Of a stretch of DNA of 64,000 nucleotides, positions 9,614-24,600 are shown one piece after another. Source of the DNA: Squalus acanthias (Eukaryota); contig JASTWF010000034.1 in the NCBI GenBank assembly GCA_030390025.1, positions 5,766,001-5,830,000 on the forward strand, written 5' to 3'. Position numbers and translations under genes: made by a program. The stretch's first letter is position 1. Each line of letters starts with the position of its first letter. The notes under the pieces were generated by a model. That model was not told where the DNA came from and did not search any database. It saw only the letters and a program-made list of their open reading frames with translations.

Positions 9614-12600
9614 ACCAATACACAGGGTAAAACTGTCAGTTAATTGTTAAATTGGGATATGATAACCAATACACAGGGTAAAAACTGTCAGTTAATTGTT
9701 AAATTGGGTATGATAACCAATACACAGGGTAAAACTGTCACAGTTAATTGTTAAATTGGGTATGATAACAAATACACAGGTAAAACTGTCAGTTAATTGT
9801 TAAATTGGGTATGATAACCAATACACAGGGTAAAACTGTCACAGTAATTGTTAAATTGGGTATGATAAACCAATACACAGGGTAAAAACTGTCACAGTTA
9901 ATTGTTAAATTGGGTATGATAACCAATACACAGAGTAAAACTGTCAGGTAATTGTTAAATTGGGTATGATAACAATACACAGGGTAAAACTGTCACAGTT
10001 AATTGTTAAATTGGGTATGATAACCAATACACAGGGTAAAACTGTCACAGTTAATTGTTAAATTGGTATGATAACCAATACACAGGGTAAAAACTGTCAG
10101 GTAATTGTTAAATTGGGTATGATAACCAATACACAGGGTAAAACTGTCACAGTTAATTGTTAAATTGGGTATGATAACCAATACACAGGGGTAAAACTGT
10201 CACAGTTAATTGTTAAATTGGGTATGATAACCAATACACAGGTGTAAAACTGTTCAGTTAATTGTTAATTGGGTATGATAACCAATACACAGGGTAAAAC
10301 TGTCAGTTAATTGTTAAATTGGGTATGATAAACAATACACAGGGTAAAACTGTCACAGTTAATTGTTAAATTGGGTATGATAACCAATACACAGGGTAAA
10401 ACTGTCACAGTTAATTGTTAAATTGGGTATGATAACCAATACACAGGGTAAAACTGTCAGTTAATTGTTAAATTGGGTATGATAACCAATACACGGTAAA
10501 ACTGTCACAGTTAATTGTTAAATTGGGTATGATAACCAATACACAGGGTAAAACTGTCACAGTTATTGTTAAATTGGGTATGATAACCAATACACAGGTA
10601 AAAACTGTCACAGTTAATTGTTAATTGGGTATGATAACCAATACACAGGGTAAAACTGTCAGTTAATTGTTAAATTGGGTATGATAACCAATACACAGGG
10701 TAAAACTGTCACAGTTAATTGTTAAATTGGTATGATAACAAATACACAGGGTAAAACTGTCAGTTAATTGTTAAATTGGTATGATAACCAATACACAGGG
10801 TAAAACTGTCAGGTATTGTTAAATTGGTATGATAACCAACACACCCAGGGTTAAAAACTTCAGTTAATTGTTAAATTGGGTATGATAACCAATACACAGG
10901 TAAAACTGTCAGTTAATTGTTAAATTGGGTATGAAAACCAATACACAGGATAAAACTGTCAGTTAATTGTTAAATTGGGTATGATAACCAATAACAGGGT
11001 AAAACTGTCACAGTTAATTGTTAAATTGGGTATGATAACCAATACACAGGGTAAAACTGTCAGTTAATTGTTAAATTGGGTATGATAACCAATACACAGG
11101 GTAAAACTGTCACAGTTAATTGTTAAATTGGTATGATAACCAATACACAGGGTAAAACTGTCACAGTTAATTGTTAAATTGGGTATGATAACCAATACAC
11201 AGGGTAAAACTGTCAGTTAATTGTTAAATTGGGTATGATAACCAATACACAGGGTAAAACTGTCACAGTTAATTGTTAAATTGGGTATGATAACCAATAC
11301 ACAGGGTAAAACTGTCAGTTAATTGTTAAATTGGGTATGATAACCAATACACAGGGTAAAACTGTCACAGTTAATTGTTAAATTGGGTATGATAACCAAT
11401 ACACAGGGTAAAACTGTCACAGTTAATTGTTAAATTGGGTATGATAACCAATACACAGGGTAAAACTGTCACAGTTAATTGTTAAATTGGGTATGATAAC
11501 CAATACACAGGGTAAAACTGTCAGTTAATTGTTAAATTGGGTATGATAACCAATACACAGGGTAAAACTGTCAGTTAATGGTTAAATTGGGTATGATAAC
11601 CAATACACAGGGTAAAACTGTCAGTTAATTGTTAAATTGGGTATGATAACCAATACACAGGTAAAACTGTCACAGTTAATTGTTAAATTGGGTATGATAA
11701 CCAATACACAGGGTAAAACTGTCACAGTTAATTGTTAAATTGGGTATGATAACCAATACACAGGTTAAAACTGTCACAGTTAATTGTTAAATTGGTTATG
11801 ATAACCAATACACAGGGTAAAACTGTCACAGTTAATTGTTAAATTGGGTATGATAACCAATACACAGGGTAAAACTGTCAGTTAATTGTTAAATTGGGTA
11901 TGATAACCAATACACAGGGTAAAACTGTCACAGTTAATGGTTAAATTGGGTATGATAACCAATACACAGGGTAAAACTGTCAGTTAATTGTTAAATTGGG
12001 TATGATAACCAATACACAGGGTAAAACTGTCACAGTTAATTGTTAAATTGGGTATGATAACCAATACACAGGTTAAAACTGTCAGTTAATTGTTAAATTG
12101 GGTATGATAACCAATACACAGGGTAAAACTGACAGTTAATTGTTAAATTGGGTATGATAACCAATACACAGGGTAAAACTGTCACAGTTAATTGTTAAAT
12201 TGGGTATGATAACCAATACACAGGGTAAAACTGTCACAGTTAATTGTTAAATTGGGTATGATAACCAATACACAGGGTAAAACTGTCAGGTAATTGTTAA
12301 ATTGGGTATGATAACCAATACACAGGGTAAAACTGTCACAGTTAATTGTTAAATTGGGTATGATAACCAATACACAGGGTAAAACTGTCAGTTAATTGTT
12401 AAATTGGGTATGATAACCAATACACAGGGTAAAACTGTCACTTAATTGTTAAATTGGGTATGATAACCAATACACAGGGTAAAACTGTCACAGTTAATTG
12501 TTAAATTGGGTATGATAACCAATACACAGGGTAAAACTGTCACAGTTAATTGTTAAATTGGGTATGATAACCAATACACAGGGTAAAACTGTCACAGTTA

Positions 12601-15600
12601 ATTGTTAAATTGGGTATGATAACCAATACACAGGGTAAAACTGTCAGTTAATTGTTAAATTGGGTATGATAACCAATACACAGGGTAAAACTGTCAGTTA
12701 ATTGTTAAATTGGGTATGATAACCAATACACAGGGTAAAACTGTCAGTTAATTGTTAAATTGGGTATGATAACCAATACACAGGGTAAAACTGTCAGTTA
12801 ATTGTTAAATTGGGTATGATAACCAATACACAGGGTAAAACTGTCAGTTAATTGTTAAATTGGGTATGATAACCAATACACAGGGTAAAACTGTCAGTTA
12901 ATTGTTAAATTGGGTATGATAACCAATACACAGGGTAAAACTGTCAGTTAATTGTTAAATTGGGTATGATAACCAATACACAGGGTAAAACTGTCAGTTA
13001 ATTGTTAAATTGGGTATGATAACCAATACACAGGGTAAAACTGTCAGTTAATTGTTAAATTGGTATGATAACCAATACACAGGGTAAAACTGTCACAGTT
13101 AATTGTTAAATTGGGTATGAAACCAATACACAGGGTAAAACTGTCAGTTAATTGTTAAATTGGGTATGATAACCAATACACAGGGTAAAACTGTCACAGT
13201 TAATTGTTAAATTGGGTATGATAACCAATACACAGGGTAAAACTGTCACAGTTAATTGTTAAATTGGGTATGATAACCAATACACAGGTAAAACTGTCAG
13301 TTAATTGTTAAATTGGGTATGATAACCAATACACAGGGTAAAACTGTCACAGTTAATTGTTAAATTGGGTATGATAACCAATACACAGGGTAAAACTGTC
13401 AGTTAATTGTTAAATTGGGTATGATAACCAATACACAGTGTAAAACTGTCAGTTAATTGTTAAATTGGGTATGATAACCAATACACAGGGTAAAACTGTC
13501 ACAGTTAATTGTTAAATTGGGTATGATAACCAATACACAGGGTAAAACTGTCACAGTTAATTGTTAAATTGGGTATGATAACCAATACACAGGGTAAAAC
13601 TGTCAGTTAATTGTTAAATTGGGTATGATAACCAATACACAGGGTAAAACTGTCAGTTAATTGTTAAATTGGGTATGATAACCAATACACAGGGTAAAAC
13701 TGTCAGTTAATTGTTAAATTGGGTATGATAACCAATACACAGGGTAAAACTGTCACAGTTAATTGTTAAATTGGGTATGATAACCAATACACAGGGTAAA
13801 ACTGTCAGTTAATTGTTAAATTGGGTATGATAACCAATACACAGGGTAAAACTGTCACAGTTAATTGTTAAATTGGGTATGATAACCAATACACAGGGTA
13901 AAACTGTCACAGTTAATTGTTAAATTGGGTATGATAACCAATACACAGGGTAAAACTGTCAGTTAATTGTTAAATTGGTATGATAACCAATACACAGGGT
14001 AAAACTGTCACAGTTAATTGTTAAATTTGGTATGATAACCAATACACAGGGTAAAACTGTCACAGTTAATTGTTAAATTGGGTATGATAACCAATACACA
14101 GGGTAAAACTGTCACAGTTAATTGTTAAATTGGGTATGATAACCAATACACAGGGTAAAACTGTCACAGTTAATTGTTAAATTGGGTATGATAACCAATA
14201 CACAGGGTAAAACTGTTAGTTAATGTTAAATTGGGTAACATAATCAATGCACAGGTAAAACTGTCACAGTTAATTGTTAAATTGGTTATGATAACCAATA
14301 CACAGGGTAAAACTGTCACAGTTAATTGTTAAATTGGGTATGATAACCAATACACAGGGTAAAACTGTCAGTTAATTGTTAATTGGGTATGATAACCAAT
14401 ACACAGGGTAAAACTGTCACAGTTAATTGTTAAATTGGGTATGATAACAAATACACAGGGTAAAACTGTCAGTTAATTGTTAAATTGGGTATGATAACCA
14501 ATACACAGGGTAAAACTGTCACAGTTAATTGTTAAATTGGGTATGATAACCAATACACAGGGTAAAACTGTCAGTTAATTGTTAAATTGGGTATGATAAC
14601 CAATACACAGTGTAAAACTGTCAGTTAATTGTTAAATTGGGTATGATAACCAATACACAGGGTAAAACTGTCACAGTTAATTGTTAAATTGGGTATGATA
14701 ACCAATACACAGGGTAAAACTGTCACAGTTAATTGTTAAATTGGGTATGATAACCAATACACAGGGTAAAACTGTCACAGTTAATTGTTAAATTGGGTAT
14801 GATAACCAATACACAGGGTAAAACTGTCAGTTAATTGTTAAATTGGGTATGATAACCAATACACAGGGTAAAACTGTCACAGTTAATTGTTAAATTGGGT
14901 ATGATAACCAATACACAGGGTAAAACTGTCACAGTTAATTGTTAAATTGGGTATGATAACCAATACACAGGGTAAAACTGTCAGTTAATTGTTAAATTGG
15001 GTATGATAACCAATACACAGGGTAAAACTGTCACAGTTAATTGTTAAATTGGGTATGATAACCAATACACAGGGTAAAACTGTCACAGTTAATTGTTAAA
15101 TTGGGTATGATAACCAATACACAGGGTAAAACTGTCACAGTTAATTGTTAAATTGGGTATGATAACCAATACACAGGGTAAAACTGTCACAGTTAATTGT
15201 TAAATTGGGTATGATAACCAATACACAGGGTAAAACTGTCACAGTTAATGTTAAATTGGGTATGATAACCAATACACAGGGTAAAACTGTCACAGTTAAT
15301 TGTTAAATTGGGTATGATAACCAATACACAGAGTAAAACTGTCACAGTTAATTGTTAAATTGGGTATGATAACCAATACACAGGGTAAAACTGTCAGTTA
15401 ATTGTTAAATTGGGTATGATAACCAATACACAGGGTAAAACTGTCACAGTTAATTGTTAAATTGGTATGATAACCAATACACAGGGTAAAACTGTCACAG
15501 TTAATTGTTAAATTGGGTATGATAACCAATACACAGGGTAAAACTGTCAGTTAATTGTTAAATTGGGTATGATAACCAATACACAGGGTAAAACTGTCAC

Positions 15601-18600
15601 AGTTAATTGTTAAATTGGGTATGATAACCAATACACAGGGTAAAACTGTCAGTTAATTGTTAAATTGGGTATGATAACCAATACACAGGGTAAAACTGTC
15701 ACAGTTAATTGTTAAATTGGGTATGATAACCAATACACAGGGTAAAACTGTCAGTTAATTGTTAAATTGGGTATGATAACCAATACACAGGGTAAAACTG
15801 TCACAGTTAATTGTTAAATTGGGTATGATAACCAATACACAGGGTAAAACTGTCACAGTTAATTGTTAAATTGGGTATGATAACCAATACACAGGGTAAA
15901 ACTGTCAGTTAATTGTTAAATTGGGTATGATAACCAATACACAGGGTAAAACTGTCACAGTTAATTGTTAAATTGGGTATGATAACCAATACACAGGGTA
16001 AAACTGTCACAGTTAATTGTTAAATTGGGTATGATAACCAATACACAGGGTAAAACTGTCACAGTTAATTGTTAAATTGGGTATGATAACCAATACACAG
16101 GGTAAAACTGTCACAGTTAATTGTTAAATTGGGTATGATAACCAATACACAGGGTAAAACTGTCAGTTAATTGTTAAATTGGGTATGATAACCAATACAC
16201 AGGGTAAAACTGTCACAGTTAATTGTTAAATTGGTATGATAACCAATACACAGGGTAAAACTGTCACAGTTAATTGTTAAATTGGGTATGATAACCAATA
16301 CACAGGGTAAAACTGTCAGTTAATTGTTAAATTGGGTATGATAACCAATACACAGGGTAAAACTGTCACAGTTAATTGTTAAATTGGGTATGATAACCAA
16401 TACACAGGGTAAAACTGTCACAGTTAATTGTTAAATTGGGTATGATAACCAATACACAGGGTAAAACTGTCACAGTTAATTGTTAAATTGGGTATGATAA
16501 CCAATACACAGGGTAAAACTGTCAGTTAATTGTTAAATTGGGTATGATAACCAATACACAGGGTAAAACTGTCACAGTTAATTGTTAAATTGGGTATGAT
16601 AACCAATACACAGGGTAAAACTGTCACAGTTAATTGTTAAATTGGGTATGATAACCAATACACAGGGTAAAACTGTCAGTTAATTGTTAAATTGGGTATG
16701 ATAACCAATACACAGGGTAAAACTGTCACAGTTAATTGTTAAATTGGGTATGATAACCAATACACAGGGTAAAACTGTCAGTTAATTGTTAAATTGGGTA
16801 TGATAACCAATACACAGGGTAAAACTGTCACAGTTAATTGTTAAATTGGGTATGATAACCAATACACAGGGTAAAACTGTCACAGTTAATTGTTAAATTG
16901 GGTATGATAACCAATACACAGGGTAAAACTGTCAGTTAATTGTTAAATTGGGTATGATAACCAATACACAGGGTAAAACTGTCACAGTTAATTGTTAAAT
17001 TGGGTATGATAACCAATACACAGGGTAAAACTGTCACAGTTAATTGTTAAATTGGGTATGATAACCAATACACAGGGTAAAACTGTCACAGTTAATTGTT
17101 AAATTGGGTATGATAACCAATACACAGGGTAAAACTGTCACAGTTAATTGTTAAATTGGGTATGATAACCAATACACAGGGTAAAACTGTCAGTTAATTG
17201 TTAAATTGGGTATGATAACCAATACACAGGGTAAAACTGTCACAGTTAATTGTTAAATTGGGTATGATAACCAATACACAGGGTAAAACTGTCAGTTAAT
17301 TGTTAAATTGGGTATGATAACCAATACACAGGGTAAAACTGTCACAGTTAATTGTTAAATTGGGTATGATAACCAATACACAGGGTAAAACTGTCACAGT
17401 TAATTGTTAAATTGGGTATGATAACCAATACACAGGGTAAAACTGTCAGTTAATTGTTAAATTGGGTATGATAACCAATACACAGGGTAAAACTGTCACA
17501 GTTAATTGTTAAATTGGGTATGATAACCAATACACAGGGTAAAACTGTCACAGTTAATTGTTAAATTGGGTATGATAACCAATACACAGGGTAAAACTGT
17601 CAGTTAATTGTTAAATTGGGTATGATAACCAATACACAGGGTAAAACTGTCACAGTTAATTGTTAAATTGGGTATGATAACCAATACACAGGGTAAAACT
17701 GTCAGTTAATTGTTAAATTGGGTATGATAACCAATACACAGGGTAAAACTGTCACAGTTAATTGTTAAATTGGGTATGATAACCAATACACAGGGTAAAA
17801 CTGTCAGTTAATTGTTAAATTGGGTATGATAACCAATACACAGGGTAAAACTGTCACAGTTAATTGTTAAATTGGGTATGATAACCAATACACAGGGTAA
17901 AACTGTCACAGTTAATTGTTAAATTGGGTATGATAACCAATACACAGGGTAAAACTGTCAGTTAATTGTTAAATTGGGTATGATAACCAATACACAGGGT
18001 AAAACTGTCACAGTTAATTGTTAAATTGGGTATGATAACCAATACACAGGGTAAAACTGTCAGTTAATTGTTAAATTGGGTATGATAACCAATACACAGG
18101 GTAAAACTGTCACAGTTAATTGTTAAATTGGGTATGATAACCAATACACAGGGTAAAACTGTCACAGTTAATTGTTAAATTGGGTATGATAACCAATACA
18201 CAGGGTAAAACTGTCAGTTAATTGTTAAATTGGGTATGATAACCAATACACAGGGTAAAACTGTCACAGTTAATTGTTAAATTGGGTATGATAACCAATA
18301 CACAGGGTAAAACTGTCACAGTTAATTGTTAAATTGGGTATGATAACCAATACACAGGGTAAAACTGTCACAGTTAATTGTTAAATTGGGTATGATAACC
18401 AATACACAGGGTAAAACTGTCAGTTAATTGTTAAATTGGGTATGATAACCAATACACAGGGTAAAACTGTCACAGTTAATTGTTAAATTGGGTATGATAA
18501 CCAATACACAGGGTAAAACTGTCAGTTAATTGTTAAATTGGGTATGATAACCAATACACAGGGTAAAACTGTCACAGTTAATTGTTAAATTGGGTATGAT

Positions 18601-21600
18601 AACCAATACACAGGGTAAAACTGTCAGTTAATTGTTAAATTGGGTATGATAACCAATACACAGGGTAAAACTGTCAGTTAATTGTTAAATTGGGTATGAT
18701 AACCAATACACAGGGTAAAACTGTCACAGTTAATTGTTAAATTGGGTATGATAACCAATACACAGGGTAAAACTGTCACAGTTAATTGTTAAATTGGGTA
18801 TGATAACCAATACACAGGGTAAAACTGTCACAGTTAATTGTTAAATTGGGTATGATAACCAATACACAGGGTAAAACTGTCAGTTAATTGTTAAATTGGG
18901 TATGATAACCAATACACAGGTTAAACTGTCACAGTTAATTGTTAAATTGGGTATGATAACCAATACACAGGGTAAAACTGTCACAGTTAATTGTTAAATT
19001 GGGTATGATAACCAATACACAGGGTAAAACTGTCAGTTAATTGTTAAATTGGGTATGATAACCAATACACAGGGTAAAACTGTCACAGTTAATTGTTAAA
19101 TTGGGTATGATAACCAATACACAGGGTAAAACTGTCAGTTAATTGTTAAATTGGGTATGATAACCAATACACAGGGTAAAACTGTCACAGTTAATTGTTA
19201 AATTGGGTATGATAACCAATACACAGGGTAAAACTGTCAGTTAATTGTTAAATTGGGTATGATAACCAATACACAGGGTAAAACTGTCAGTTAATTGTTA
19301 AATTGGGTATGATAACCAATACACAGGGTAAAACTGTCACAGTTAATTGTTAAATTGGGTATGATAACCAATACACAGGGTAAAACTGTCACAGTTAATT
19401 GTTAAATTGGGTATGATAACCAATACACAGGGTAAAACTGTCACAGTTAATTGTTAAATTGGGTATGATAACCAATACACAGGGTAAAACTGTCACAGTT
19501 AATTGTTAAATTGGGTATGATAACCAATACACAGGGTAAAACTGTCAGTTAATTGTTAAATTGGGTATGATAACCAATACACAGGGTAAAACTGTCACAG
19601 TTAATTGTTAAATTGGGTATGATAACCAATACACAGGGTAAAACTGTCACAGTTAATTGTTAAATTGGGTATGATAACCAATACACAGGGTAAAACTGTC
19701 ACAGTTAATTGTTAAATTGGGTATGATAACCAATACACAGGGTAAAACTGTCACAGTTAATTGTTAAATTGGGTATGATAACCAATACACAGGGTAAAAC
19801 TGTCAGTTAATTGTTAAATTGGGTATGATAACCAATACACAGGGTAAAACTGTCACAGTTAATTGTTAAATTGGGTATGATAACCAATACACAGGGTAAA
19901 ACTGTCAGTTAATTGTTAAATTGGGTATGATAACCAATACACAGGGTAAAACTGTCAGTTAATTGTTAAATTGGGTATGATAACCAATACACAGGGTAAA
20001 ACTGTCACAGTTAATTGTTAAATTGGGTATGATAACCAATACACAGGGTAAAACTGTCAGTTAATTGTTAAATTGGGTATGATAACCAATACACAGGGTA
20101 AAACTGTCACAGTTAATTGTTAAATTGGGTATGATAACCAATACACAGGGTAAAACTGTCAGTTAATTGTTAAATTGGGTATGATAACCAATACACAGGG
20201 TAAAACTGTCACAGTTAATTGTTAAATTGGGTATGATAACCAATACACAGGGTAAAACTGTCACAGTTAATTGTTAAATTGGGTATGATAACCAATACAC
20301 AGGGTAAAACTGTCAGTTAATTGTTAAATTGGGTATGATAACCAATACACAGGGTAAAACTGTCACAGTTAATTGTTAAATTGGGTATGATAACCAATAC
20401 ACAGGGTAAAACTGTCACAGTTAATTGTTAAATTGGGTATGATAACCAATACACAGGGTAAAACTGTCACAGTTAATTGTTAAATTGGGTATGATAACCA
20501 ATACACAGGGTAAAACTGTCACAGTTAATTGTTAAATTGGGTATGATAACCAATACACAGGGTAAAACTGTCAGTTAATTGTTAAATTGGGTATGATAAC
20601 CAATACACAGGGTAAAACTGTCACAGTTAATTGTTAAATTGGGTATGATAACCAATACACAGGGTAAAACTGTCACAGTTAATTGTTAAATTGGGTATGA
20701 TAACCAATACACAGGGTAAAACTGTCAGTTAATTGTTAAATTGGGTATGATAACCAATACACAGGGTAAAACTGTCACAGTTAATTGTTAAATTGGGTAT
20801 GATAACCAATACACAGGGTAAAACTGTCAGTTAATTGTTAAATTGGGTATGATAACCAATACACAGGGTAAAACTGTCACAGTAATTGTTAAATTGGGTA
20901 TGATAACCAATACACAGGGTAAAACTGTCACAGTTAATTGTTAAATTGGGTATGATAACCAATACACAGGGTAAAACTGTCAGTTAATTGTTAAATTGGG
21001 TATGATAACCAATACACAGGGTAAAACTGTCACAGTTAATTGTTAAATTGGGTATGATAACCAATACACAGGGTAAAACTGTCAGTTAATTGTTAAATTG
21101 GGTATGATAACCAATACACAGGGTAAAACTGTCACAGTTAATTGTTAAATTGGGTATGATAACCAATACACAGGGTAAAACTGTCACAGTTAATTGTTAA
21201 ATTGGGTATGATAACCAATACACAGGGTAAAACTGTCACAGTTAATTGTTAAATTGGGTATGATAACCAATACACAGGGTAAAACTGTCACAGTTAATTG
21301 TTAAATTGGGTATGATAACCAATACACAGGGTAAAACTGTCACAGTTAATTGTTAAATTGGGTATGATAACCAATACACAGGGTAAAACTGTCACAGTTA
21401 ATTGTTAAATTGGGTATGATAACCAATACACAGGGTAAAACTGTCACAGTTAATTGTTAAATTGGGTATGATAACCAATACACAGGGTAAAACTGTCACA
21501 GTTAATTGTTAAATTGGGTATGATAACCAATACACAGGGTAAAACTGTCACAGTTAATTGTTAAATTGGGTATGATAACCAATACACAGGGTAAAACTGT

Positions 21601-24600
21601 CACAGTTAATTGTTAAATTGGGTATGATAACCAATACACAGGGTAAAACTGTCACAGTTAATTGTTAAATTGGGTATGATAACCAATACACAGGGTAAAA
21701 CTGTCACAGTTAATTGTTAAATTGGGTATGATAACCAATACACAGGGTAAAACTGTCAGTTAATTGTTAAATTGGGTATGATAACCAATACACAGGGTAA
21801 AACTGTCACAGTTAATTGTTAAATTGGGTATGATAACCAATACACAGGGTAAAACTGTCACAGTTAATTGTTAAATTGGGTATGATAACCAATACACAGG
21901 GTAAAACTGTCAGTTAATTGTTAAATTGGGTATGATAACCAATACACAGGGTAAAACTGTCACAGTTAATTGTTAAATTGGGTATGATAACCAATACACA
22001 GGGTAAAACTGTCACAGTTAATTGTTAAATTGGGTATGATAACCAATACACAGGGTAAAACTGTCACAGTTAATTGTTAAATTGGGTATGATAACCAATA
22101 CACAGGGTAAAACTGTCAGTTAATTGTTAAATTGGGTATGATAACCAATACACAGGGTAAAACTGTCACAGTTAATTGTTAAATTGGGTATGATAACCAA
22201 TACACAGGGTAAAACTGTCACAGTTAATTGTTAAATTGGGTATGATAACCAATACACAGGGTAAAACTGTCACAGTTAATTGTTAAATTGGGTATGATAA
22301 CCAATACACAGGGTAAAACTGTCACAGTTAATTGTTAAATTGGGTATGATAACCAATACACAGGGTAAAACTGTCACAGTTAATTGTTAAATTGGGTATG
22401 ATAACCAATACACAGGGTAAAACTGTCACAGTTAATTGTTAAATTGGGTATGATAACCAATACACAGGGTAAAACTGTCACAGTTAATTGTTAAATTGGG
22501 TATGATAACCAATACACAGGGTAAAACTGTCACAGTTAATTGTTAAATTGGGTATGATAACCAATACACAGGGTAAAACTGTCAGTTAATTGTTAAATTG
22601 GGTATGATAACCAATACACAGGGTAAAACTGTCACAGTTAATTGTTAAATTGGGTATGATAACCAATACACAGGGTAAAACTGTCACAGTTAATTGTTAA
22701 ATTGGGTATGATAACCAATACACAGGGTAAAACTGTCAGTTAATTGTTAAATTGGGTATGATAACCAATACACAGGGTAAAACTGTCACAGTTAATTGTT
22801 AAATTGGGTATGATAACCAATACACAGGGTAAAACTGTCACAGTTAATTGTTAAATTGGGTATGATAACCAATACACAGGGTAAAACTGTCACAGTTAAT
22901 TGTTAAATTGGGTATGATAACCAATACACAGGGTAAAACTGTCACAGTTAATTGTTAAATTGGGTATGATAACCAATACACAGGGTAAAACTGTCACAGT
23001 TAATTGTTAAATTGGGTATGATAACCAATACACAGGGTAAAACTGTCACAGTTAATTGTTAAATTGGGTATGATAACCAATACACAGGGTAAAACTGTCA
23101 CAGTTAATTGTTAAATTGGGTATGATAACCAATACACAGGGTAAAACTGTCAGTTAATTGTTAAATTGGGTATGATAACCAATACACAGGGTAAAACTGT
23201 CACAGTTAATTGTTAAATTGGGTATGATAACCAATACACAGGGTAAAACTGTCACAGTTAATTGTTAAATTGGGTATGATAACCAATACACAGGGTAAAA
23301 CTGTCAGTTAATTGTTAAATTGGGTATGATAACCAATACACAGGGTAAAACTGTCACAGTTAATTGTTAAATTGGGTATGATAACCAATACACAGGGTAA
23401 AACTGTCACAGTTAATTGTTAAATTGGGTATGATAACCAATACACAGGGTAAAACTGTCAGTTAATTGTTAAATTGGGTATGATAACCAATACACAGGGT
23501 AAAACTGTCACAGTTAATTGTTAAATTGGGTATGATAACCAATACACAGGGTAAAACTGTCAGTTAATTGTTAAATTGGGTATGATAACCAATACACAGG
23601 GTAAAACTGTCACAGTTAATTGTTAAATTGGGTATGATAACCAATACACAGGGTAAAACTGTCAGTTAATTGTTAAATTGGGTATGATAACCAATACACA
23701 GGGTAAAACTGTCACAGTTAATTGTTAAATTGGGTATGATAACCAATACACAGGGTAAAACTGTCACAGTTAATTGTTAAATTGGGTATGATAACCAATA
23801 CACAGGGTAAAACTGTCAGTTAATTGTTAAATTGGGTATGATAACCAATACACAGGGTAAAACTGTCACAGTTAATTGTTAAATTGGGTATGATAACCAA
23901 TACACAGGGTAAAACTGTCACAGTTAATTGTTAAATTGGGTATGATAACCAATACACAGGGTAAAACTGTCACAGTTAATTGTTAAATTGGGTATGATAA
24001 CCAATACACAGGGTAAAACTGTCACAGTTAATTGTTAAATTGGGTATGATAACCAATACACAGGGTAAAACTGTCACAGTTAATTGTTAAATTGGGTATG
24101 ATAACCAATACACAGGGTAAAACTGTCACAGTTAATTGTTAAATTGGTTATGATAACCAATACACAGGGTAAAACTGTCACAGTTAATTGTTAAATTGGG
24201 TATGATAACCAATACACAGGGTAAAACTGTCAGTTAATTGTTAAATTGGGTATGATAACCAATACACAGGGTAAAACTGTCACAGTTAATTGTTAAATTG
24301 GGTATGATAACCAATACACAGGGTAAAACTGTCAGTTAATTGTTAAATTGGGTATGATAACCAATACACAGGGTAAAACTGTCACAGTTAATTGTTAAAT
24401 TGGGTATGATAACCAATACACAGGGTAAAACTGTCAGTTAATTGTTAAATTGGGTATGATAACCAATACACAGGGTAAAACTGTCACAGTTAATTGTTAA
24501 ATTGGGTATGATAACCAATACACAGGGTAAAACTGTCACAGTTAATTGTTAAATTGGGTATGATAACCAATACACAGGGTAAAACTGTCAGTTAATTGTT

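Noticed and set aside
9046..9623. Long ORFs across the N run
   Set aside because: Artefacts of translating the gap.
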